47,123 bases of DNA from the NCBI GenBank assembly GCA_036654695.1, contig JAVVRO010000001.1:1-47123 (forward strand), in the 5' to 3' direction. The notes under the pieces are model-generated. The model saw only the letters and a list, made by a program, of their open reading frames with translations. It was not told the origin of the DNA and did not search any database. Shown one piece after another: positions 26,760 through 34,600 of the stretch. Positions within the stretch are counted from its first letter, which is position 1. Every line of letters begins with the position of its first letter. Position numbers and translations under genes: made by a program. The stretch comes from Angelakisella sp. GTDB taxonomy: Bacteria; Bacillota; Clostridia; Oscillospirales; Ruminococcaceae.

Positions 26760-27759
26760 TTACGTCATCCTTTCCGCCCTTGGAAATGACCAGCTCTCCA
26801 TCCTCCTCCAGCTTGCGGATAATGGCGACAATGCGCTGTTGCGCGTCCTCCACATCGCGCATTCTGACATTATGCAGATACTCGATATCACTGGCAATGC
26901 TTTCCTGCATTCTCTTGGACATATTCTTGAAGAACACCTGCGCAAGCTCGTGCGTTGCAGCCTTGAGTGCCACCGCCAAGTCCTTGGTGTCGGTATCCCG
27001 AATAAACCGCTGGATGGACATGTCGTCGAGGAAGATAATATCCTCGAACACGAACATCAGCTTGCGTACCTCCTCGGCCAGCTGGGGGTCCTTGTTGGTC
27101 AGCTCGTCAAAGATATGCTTTTCAATTCCGCGATCCACATGGTTCATGATGTCCGCAATATAGTTGACGCCGCCCATGTCGATGAGATCCACCGAAATAA
27201 TGCTGGAAACTTTTTTCTCCAAGGTTTTTTCCACTATTTTAAGGATATCGGGCGACGCGCGGTCAAGCTTTGCAATCCTCTCGATGACCTCGACCCGCAG
27301 CTCGCTGGACAGCTCCGAAATAATCTCGGAGGCCTGATCCGCACGAGCATAGGACAAGACCAGTGCAATAGTCTGGGGGTGTTCATTTTGCAGCAGGTTA
27401 ATCAGGTTTTTGCTGTCCGCCTTGCGGATATAATCAAACGCCTTGGTTTTCAGGGACTTGCTTACCCTGTCCATAAGGGAGGATGCCATCTGGGAGCCAA
27501 AGGCTTTTTCCAAAACATCCTTGGCGTACTCCACACCGCCCTCCGAAATGACCTTTTTGGTCACACACAGGCCGTAGAAGTCCTCCATAATCTCGTTAAG
27601 CTGCTCTCCGGACATCCGCTCCATCTTGGCAATTTCCAGTGAAATTTGCTCAATTTCGTCCTCGCGCAGGTATTTGTAAACGCCGGACGCATTATCGGAG
27701 CCAAGGGCAATGACAACGGCAGCCGCTTTTTGCGCATAGACTTCCGATTTTTTTGACAT
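26752..27759 (-). CDS. fliG: Flagellar motor switch protein FliG
   Basis: QKAAAVVIALG, GGVEYAK, NEHPQTIALVLSY, MFVFEDI, NMSKR. Confidence 0.98.
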   Translation of the reverse strand: MSKKSEVYAQKAAAVVIALGSDNASGVYKYLREDEIEQISLEIAKMERMSGEQLNEIMEDFYGLCVTKKVISEGGVEYAKDVLEKAFGSQMASSLMDRVSKSLKTKAFDYIRKADSKNLINLLQNEHPQTIALVLSYARADQASEIISELSSELRVEVIERIAKLDRASPDILKIVEKTLEKKVSSIISVDLIDMGGVNYIADIMNHVDRGIEKHIFDELTNKDPQLAEEVRKLMFVFEDIIFLDDMSIQRFIRDTDTKDLAVALKAATHELAQVFFKNMSKRMQESIASDIEYLHNVRMRDVEDAQQRIVAIIRKLEEDGELVISKGGKDDVIA

Positions 27760-27763
27760 TGCG

Positions 27764-29344
27764 CTATTCGTCCTCCTTCAGCCACGAGCGAATCAGGCTT
27801 GCGGTGATTTCTGGATTATCTCTTGCAAAATCGCGCACCTCATTGGTAATCGCGTTTTCCGACTTGTTCTTGGCATCGGCAGCCTCGCGCAACAGGCGCT
27901 TTTTCTCGTCGGTTTCCTGTACCAGCCGTTTTTTCTCCAGCTCCATTGCGTCCATCTCCTCCTGCACAGCGTCGACCTTCTTTTTCTTGCCAAACATCCG
28001 CGAGATGATAAATACAATTACCAACAGCGCCAACACGCCAACGCCGATGACAATGAGTAGGACAGGGTCAGCAAAGGGATTGGGCTTGGTTGCCGCAGGC
28101 TTTTCCTGTTCCTCCAGCAAGTCGAGCGTGTCCACCGTAATGTTGCCCACGGGGATGTTGGTCGCTTTGGATACCTGCTCGATAATTTTGTCGCGCTTTT
28201 GCTGATCCAGATTGGGGTCCTTGAGCATAACCGCCATCGTCGCGGAAACCAGCTCGGCGTTGCCCTTTTCCACCTGCTTTTTCAGGTAATCCACAGCGTA
28301 GGTAATCGACCGTTGGTGGTTGACCACCTCCGGGGTACCGTCGCCGTTTTTATCCACATACTCCGGCACAGGGTTGTCGGTGTTCAGCTCCTCGCCGGGA
28401 ATGCCCTGTACAAAGTTGGTTGCGTCCTTCAGGTACTGCTCCTCCAGATACTGTACCACCCCGGTATTGCCTTGGTCTGGCTTGTAGTCCACGCTTTCGC
28501 TAATGACCTTATCGTTATTCAGGCTAACCGTTACCGAAATGCGGCGTTCGTCCTCGCCGTAGTTCAGCGAGAGCTGTTTGCCCGCTTTTCCCTCGTAGTC
28601 CTCCTCCATCCGGCGGGTAATATCCATTAAGTCCGCCTCGGCGCTCATGCCTCCGGTAGCCTCGCTGTCCGAACGCAGCTCGGTCATGGTAGCCGCATCC
28701 ACCACCTTGACATCCTCGGGTGCCATTTTAGGTAACCCCGTAGCCACTACCACCTTGACCGCCGACACCTGCGAGGGTGTCAGCTTGGTGCCGGGGTAGA
28801 GGGTCAGCACCACGGAAGCGGTGCTTTTTGCGGTATTTTGCTCCCACACATAGTTGCTGCTGTCGGCCAAGTTAATGGTGACCACCGCTTTTTCCACCCC
28901 GGACAGGATGGCAAGGGTGGCTTGGGCACGGTTTTGGAGGTCCTGCACCAAGTATACCTTTTTGTCGCTTTCGGTCGTGGTCAGGCCGTTTTTGCTACTA
29001 AAGACATCGTAGTTCAGTCCGGTTTTGGGGTAGCCCATGGAGGCAAGCTCCAGCCGGAGCGTGTCCGCTGAATTTTTCGGCACCAAAATGCTTCCCTTGC
29101 TGTCCATCTGTGCTTTAATTTCCTTGTCCTGTAGCAGGGAGAACACCGCTGTGGCCTCCTCGTTACTAATGCCGGAGTAAAGCACCTCGTAACCGCCGGT
29201 ACGCAGCTGTAGCAGCAGCGTCAGGACGATGGCAAACACAACCGCCGCTGCCGGAATTGCTACAAAAAGCTTTTTCCTGCCCGGTGCTTGTTTTTTCCAA
29301 TATTCGACTAAGGGCGCAAGTAGCTTTTTGATTTGCTCGTCCAT
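27764..29344 (-). CDS. fliF: Flagellar MS-ring protein FliF
   Basis: Two TM segments; YEVLYSG, LRLELA, TASVVLTL; C-terminal NPEITASLIRSWL. Confidence 0.95.
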   Translation of the reverse strand: MDEQIKKLLAPLVEYWKKQAPGRKKLFVAIPAAAVVFAIVLTLLLQLRTGGYEVLYSGISNEEATAVFSLLQDKEIKAQMDSKGSILVPKNSADTLRLELASMGYPKTGLNYDVFSSKNGLTTTESDKKVYLVQDLQNRAQATLAILSGVEKAVVTINLADSSNYVWEQNTAKSTASVVLTLYPGTKLTPSQVSAVKVVVATGLPKMAPEDVKVVDAATMTELRSDSEATGGMSAEADLMDITRRMEEDYEGKAGKQLSLNYGEDERRISVTVSLNNDKVISESVDYKPDQGNTGVVQYLEEQYLKDATNFVQGIPGEELNTDNPVPEYVDKNGDGTPEVVNHQRSITYAVDYLKKQVEKGNAELVSATMAVMLKDPNLDQQKRDKIIEQVSKATNIPVGNITVDTLDLLEEQEKPAATKPNPFADPVLLIVIGVGVLALLVIVFIISRMFGKKKKVDAVQEEMDAMELEKKRLVQETDEKKRLLREAADAKNKSENAITNEVRDFARDNPEITASLIRSWLKEDE

Positions 29345-29380
29345 AGTTACCTCGAACTTCTCTATCTTAACGCATTAGAA

Positions 29381-29414
29381 GCAGCACCCCTGCCACTTTG
29401 GCAAGGCACGCTGC
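29381..29414 (-). other. Stem-loop between fliE and fliF
   Basis: Minus-strand GCAGCGU(G)CCUUGCCA-AAG-UGGCAGGGGUGCUGC, about 15 bp with G-U pairs, followed by UUCUAAU. Confidence 0.55.
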
Positions 29415-29427
29415 GGGGAGGGTCTTA

Positions 29428-29730
29428 TTAAATTTGCATCCGCATGACTTCGTTGTAGGCATTCACCGCTCTGGTGGTCAGCTCAACGGTAAACTCCATT
29501 GCGGTTGCGGCCTTGGCGGCATTAATCTGCATGGTGTGCAGGTCATCCATGTTGCCCATGGCTAGGTTGTACGCATCCTGCTCGGCGACCGCGCTTGTTT
29601 CGCGCACATTGTCCAGCGCCTGCGACAAAATGTCCTGAAAGGGCAACCCGGTGGGCTTTGGCGGCTCGGCTCGCTGGAGCTCGCCCAAGGAAGAAACGGA
29701 AGGCATTTTTGTAATTGGTACAATAAACAT
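29428..29730 (-). CDS. fliE: Flagellar hook-basal body protein FliE
   Basis: FQDILSQALDNV, GNMDDLHTMQINAAKA, AYNEVMRMQI; ATG 29730 follows AGGGGG. Confidence 0.95.
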   Translation of the reverse strand: MFIVPITKMPSVSSLGELQRAEPPKPTGLPFQDILSQALDNVRETSAVAEQDAYNLAMGNMDDLHTMQINAAKAATAMEFTVELTTRAVNAYNEVMRMQI

Positions 29731-29858
29731 ACCGCGCACCCCCTAAAAATGGTATTTATTCCCATGTATTTGTTTGTTTTCCTCTGCGCCGGCACAGGTT
29801 TGTGCAACATATCCTAAAAAAAGGGATACTTACAGACTTCTAAGCCTATCATAGAATA

Positions 29859-29888
29859 ATTATACTCCATAACAGGGAACCTTGTCAA
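29859..29888 (-). promoter_or_regulatory. sigmaA promoter upstream of fliE
   Basis: Minus strand TTGACA-N18-TATAAT, both hexamers perfect. Confidence 0.82.
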
Positions 29889-29897
29889 TTCATGCCG

Positions 29898-29932
29898 AAA
29901 GCGGCTAAAGCTATTTGAAACCTTAACCGCTT
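29898..29932 (-). terminator. Hairpin / probable terminator after flgC
   Basis: Minus-strand AAGCGGUUAAGG-uuucaaauag-CUUUAGCCGCUUU with two G-U pairs; short U tract. Confidence 0.55.
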
Positions 29933-29937
29933 AGTCG

Positions 29938-30372
29938 CTATCGCCCTATTTCTAGCGCCTTGGTTGCCATCGACTGTATCACCTTAAGCGCTGTCAGGTT
30001 GGATTCATAGGCTCTTGTTGCCGCCATCAGGTCGATGGTTTCCTCGGCACGGTTGACATTCGGCATCATAACATAGCCGTTTTCGTCTGCGTGGGGGTGG
30101 GTCGGGTTGTAGACCGGAATAAACTCACTTTGGTTTTCCACCACCTGGGACACTCGCACGCCGCCGCCGTTCAGCTTGTATCGTTCGTTTTTCAGCGTAT
30201 CCTTAAAGTTAATGCCACGCTCCTGAAACACAACCTGCTGCCTGCGGTACGGGGTGCCCGCCGGGGTCATGGTGGTGTTAATGTTGGCCAGATTCTGCAA
30301 AATGATGTCGGTGCGAAAGCGTTCGGCGGTCAGTGCCGAGCCCGCAATATTCAGCGTGTTTAAAAAGGACAT
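29938..30372 (-). CDS. flgC: Flagellar basal-body rod protein FlgC
   Basis: AGSALTAERFR, NLANINTT, PYRRQ, YNPTHPHADENGYVMMPNV, RAYESN. Confidence 0.97.
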   Translation of the reverse strand: MSFLNTLNIAGSALTAERFRTDIILQNLANINTTMTPAGTPYRRQQVVFQERGINFKDTLKNERYKLNGGGVRVSQVVENQSEFIPVYNPTHPHADENGYVMMPNVNRAEETIDLMAATRAYESNLTALKVIQSMATKALEIGR

Positions 30373-30386
30373 CCGTCACCGCCTCC

Positions 30387-30749
30387 TTACTTGACTGCCT
30401 GCTTGATGACATACCGCAGGTTATTGTACTGCCCGTTAATTTTATTGACCAAAAACGCGTATTGGGACTGGGTACGCCACAGCTCCAGCTGCTCCTTGTC
30501 CATATTCACATTGTTGCCGTCGGGGCGCACTGTCGAGTCGCTTTTTTCAATGACCGAGGTGCGAAAGGCCGCCTTTTGTGGCTGTCCGCTCTTGTTCACA
30601 TCGCTAAGCACCAGTTCAAAGGAAAAGTCCATTGCCATGTAGCCGGGTGTTTCGTAGTTGGCTATGTTGTTGGTAATGACCTTTGTCCGCATCCACAGAG
30701 CATCCAGACTTTTCTGCATGGCCTGCGCGGAAAGGTTATCAAATCTCAT
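30387..30749 (-). CDS. flgB: Flagellar basal-body rod protein FlgB
   Basis: NNIANYETPGY, RPDGNNVNMDKE. Confidence 0.96.
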   Translation of the reverse strand: MRFDNLSAQAMQKSLDALWMRTKVITNNIANYETPGYMAMDFSFELVLSDVNKSGQPQKAAFRTSVIEKSDSTVRPDGNNVNMDKEQLELWRTQSQYAFLVNKINGQYNNLRYVIKQAVK

Positions 30750-30820
30750 AGAACAGCCTCCTCATTGCAAATTATTCCAAAATGGCGAACGAAACAACAA
30801 TTTTACAGATAGTTTAGATA

Positions 30821-30849
30821 ATTATACCCTTTCATCCGTCAAATTTCAA
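30821..30849 (-). promoter_or_regulatory. sigmaA promoter upstream of flgB
   Basis: Minus strand TTGAAA-N17-TATAAT in an AT-rich gap; RBS GAGGAGG downstream. Confidence 0.75.
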
Positions 30850-30893
30850 CTTGTTTTTGAAAAAAATGCCTAATTTCTGCCACAGTTTGCAAC

Positions 30894-31694
30894 TTATGGT
30901 GCCGCCGCGTCTTTTAATCGCGCCATGACCACAAAACGGTGGGTGCCGTCGTTGCCGTCGCGCACCGAGCAGGTGGACAGGGTTAAAATGCGGTCGGGCG
31001 CTTTCGCTGGTACGCCAAAGTCAAAAATGGAGGCCTTGAGGGCGGTATCAATAATTTTTTGCTGCTCCTCATCGGTCATGTTCACCTTGATGTAGTCAAA
31101 GTAGATGTCGGTGTAAAAGACCGCGAACACCTCCCACTCCAGCTTTTCCTCCGGCACACTAAGGGTGATAATCCTGTTCTTGTCAGCAAATTCCTTGTCC
31201 GCATAGTGGAACAGCTGGGAAAACTTAAAGCCATCCGGGCTGTCCTTCAGGTCGCTGTGCCCGTAAATGACAGTGTTGCGACTCAGGTTTTCCCGGGTGG
31301 AAACCGTGGATTCGTAGTCGGCAAAGTAGCAGCCATAGGCGTTGTCTTTTTTTCGCTCGTCCCGCCGCAGGTAAAAGGTGTTGTTGTGGGACTGTACCAC
31401 CGCGTCGTCAATTTTGGTGTTTGGCACGGTCAGCCACGCTACTACATCCTCGTTTTTGCCAAGGTCGTACATCAGCTTTTCCAGTGTCGCGGGGTCCACC
31501 GTGCTTTTTTTCAGCTCCTGCTGCAAGGCATTGTTGGGGTCCTTGGGCGTGTAGACGGTTGCCTGACTGGAGGACTGCGAGACAGGCTCCGGTTCCACCG
31601 CCGGCTGGCTGATGCGGCTGTACACCACATAGGCCACAGCGCCCACCACGGCAAGCATCAGTACCGCCAGTACCAGTGCCAGTGTTGCTTTCAT
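30894..31694 (-). CDS. srtB: Class B sortase
   Basis: N-terminal TM anchor; DVVAWLTVPNTKID, VVQSHNNTFYLRRD, catalytic His (TVIYGHS), LTLSTC, Arg (HRFVVMA). Confidence 0.93.
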   Translation of the reverse strand: MKATLALVLAVLMLAVVGAVAYVVYSRISQPAVEPEPVSQSSSQATVYTPKDPNNALQQELKKSTVDPATLEKLMYDLGKNEDVVAWLTVPNTKIDDAVVQSHNNTFYLRRDERKKDNAYGCYFADYESTVSTRENLSRNTVIYGHSDLKDSPDGFKFSQLFHYADKEFADKNRIITLSVPEEKLEWEVFAVFYTDIYFDYIKVNMTDEEQQKIIDTALKASIFDFGVPAKAPDRILTLSTCSVRDGNDGTHRFVVMARLKDAAAP

Positions 31695-34600
31695 TCGTTC
31701 ACCCCGCTGTGCAGTCCGGTATTGGGGTTGGGCTTGCTGCCGTTGGTGTTGGGAACCAGCCCCACCGCGCCGGTATGGTCGCCCACCGCGTTGGCGTCAC
31801 CCACCTTGTTTTCGGCGTTAATAATGGGGTATTCACTAAGCAGGTAGGTGCTCATGTGGTCCAGCCGCACGGTAAAGGTACCCCGGGAGTTGGTGCGCAC
31901 GCCGCCGTAAAAGTCAATGCGGTCACGCTCCTCATTAAAGTAGTTCCAAGTCGCGCTTTCGTTGCGGTACTGCCGTCCAAGGCTAATGGTAAACAGCATG
32001 GGGCCGGGCAGTACGCCGTGGTGGTTAAAATGAATGAACACCGGATCCACCTTGTCATTGCGCGGTTCGCTGGACAGGATATTCCATATTTTATCCTCGT
32101 CCGGTGCGGTAAAGGAGATGGACAGGTCAAACAGCTGGTCATGAGGCACCAGCTTGGCAATGTCCTTGCCCTTGATTTGCAGGCTGTAGTCGTTGCCCTG
32201 AAACAGAATGGATTTTTCAGGATACTTTGTTTTCAGGGTGTTGAACAGCTCGGCGGTTACAATGGCATATTTGCTGATATCCACCACAATGGGGTCGTTG
32301 GTTTGGGCAAAGTCCACCATGGCCGAGGTAATGGGTTTAAACGTGCCCTGTTTGTCCTCGTCATTGCGGTAGACCGTCAGCGTATAGCTTTTCATGGTCT
32401 TGCCGTCCTCGGCGGTCACCTTGATGGTAAACACATTGTCCCCATCCCGAATGGCGGAGGTGTACTTGTTATAGTAGTCGCCCAGCTTTTTGCTGTCGGC
32501 AAACACCTCAAAGGTTGCCTTGGGGTCGGAGGCTGTAGGGATAATCTCGATGGCGGAAACCTCCGGCAGCACCGCTACATCGTACTCGGTTACTCCCGGA
32601 CGGAATCCTGGGTCCATTCTGCCATAGCTAATGGTAATACTGCTAAGGTCGGCATTGTTACCCTTGGGTATCTTACTCAGGTCGGTGACCTCGACGGTAT
32701 ATTGTTTGGTGTCCCGCCCATTTTCCGCCGTCACCTCAATGGTTACGGTAGTCTTGCCGCTCAACAGCTCAATGGGCTTGCTGGGCTTACCGGATTCTGC
32801 CGCTTCGCCATTAATGAGCATGGTCGAGTTTGCAACCATGGGCACGGCGGTAAAGGTTAGGGCGGTACTGCCCGCCGGCATGTTAACGGTGTATCTGTCC
32901 CGGTCAATGCTAAACTTCGGGGTCAGCGCTTCGCCGCCGTCGGCAACCAGCGACTTGAGCCGTGCGTCGCTGCTGGCCGGTTGGCGGGTAATGCTCAGGG
33001 TGTAAACACGCACCTCCCCTGTCAAGTCCTCCGGCTGAATCTCCAGTCGCAGGTTTTTGGCAACGCCGGTTTTCAGCTCGTAGGTTTCGCTGGGCTTAGT
33101 GTCCTTCAGCTCCACAATGGTGTGGGTGTCCAAGTCAATGAGCAGCAGCCGCGCCAGCGGGGAACGGGGGGTGGGGAGCACGCAAACCTTTTCCACCCGG
33201 AACGGTACCGAGATGGTGTAATCCATTTTTTGCGGGTTAAAGACAAAGCTCGTAATGTCCTTGCCCTCCTGATCCTTCAGTGACAGCCCGGTCAGGGCAT
33301 TGTCCCGGTCAGGGTCGTTGCGGATGACATAAATAGTGTAGGGCGGGTCGGTCACCTTGCCGCTTTCGGCCGTAGCGGTGACGGTAATGGAAAATTTGTC
33401 CACCGTGGGGACAGGCAGGGTGTTCAGGTCAAAGCGAAGGGCTTCCCCCTTGGCCGTGTAGCTCTGGGTGATAGCGGGGGTATTTTCTACCTGTACCGTC
33501 ACCTGCTCGGCCAGCAAATCCTCGGGCTTGGCCAGCAGCCGCAGCTGGGTAGCGGAATAGGGAATGTGTAGCTCGTACTGCTTGGTGTCCTTGTTAAAAA
33601 GAACATTGCCGTCAAAGGGCATCGGCTTGCCCGCGCCGGTTTGCACCTCCATGACACCCACCTGTGCGTTGGTGCTGGGATCCTTACGGCTGATGCTGAT
33701 GGTATACTGGGTCTTTTTCGCGGTAGCGTCCTCGGCGGTCACTTCAATGGTGGCGGTGCTGGGCTTTTTGCCGTTAAAGTTGCTGTCTGGGTCCACCGGA
33801 TGCTTTACCGGAACCCATCCGCTACTGCCGTCCGGCTTGGGTGCCAGCGTGGGGTCCGCGACGGTTAATACCTGCTTTGCCCACGGGTGGTTGGCCTTGC
33901 CAGTCAGCTTAATCCAGCGGGTTTTGTAGGGTACTTCAAAGCTATAGGTCACAGTGCTTGGCAAAAACTTGGTAAGGTACTCGTTTTTGGCAAGGTCAAT
34001 GGCCGAAAGTCCCTTCAAGGACGAATCGGTGCTGGGCGGCATTAGGTTGAGGTTTAGCATGTAGATTTGCGGCTTGCCGTTTTGGGCGGTGGCGGTCAGG
34101 GTAACGGCGCGCGCCGGCCCCACAAAAAGCGGCACCCCGCGGATGGAGCGCTTGGCAGGGTCGTTGCTGGTCAAGTCCAGTGTTCCGCTGGCCGGAATCG
34201 AGCCCAGATTGCCGCCGCTGATGGTATAGTCAATCTGGTTGCGCATCCCCGCGGTGCGGATAATGTCGGGGGTAATGTTCAGGATGGCCGCATGGTTGGG
34301 CAGATTGATGGTGCCATAGGTATAGGTGGTCGGCGAAAACTGAAAGTCAAAAACGCCGCCGGGGTAGAGCTGTGCAAGCTCAGGGATAGCAGCGTCAATC
34401 AAGCCGTCCGACTGAAGCTCCAGCTTGGACAGCTGTTTAAAATCGCTGGGGGTATTGTCCTGCACCGTAATGGGCACGGTCAGGTGGCGGTCGGACAGCA
34501 CACCCTTGTAGTAAAAGTCAAAGATAAGCTCGGTATGCCCCGCGCGTTTCGCGGCAATTTCCAGCCCCAGCTGGCCGGTGACGGTACTGGGGTTTTTTAT

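Noticed and set aside
29731-30893. c-di-GMP-I/II riboswitch or invertible flagellar switch upstream of flgB or fliE, as in C. difficile
   Set aside because: No GGCAAA...GAAA...GACGCAAAG-type core, no long flanking inverted repeats and no recombinase; the flgB leader is only ~65 nt.
31685-31705. Programmed -1 frameshift fusing the surface protein to the sortase
   Set aside because: No X-XXY-YYZ slippery site; the ATGA overlap with its own GGGGTG RBS is ordinary translational coupling. Kept only as an alternative to test.
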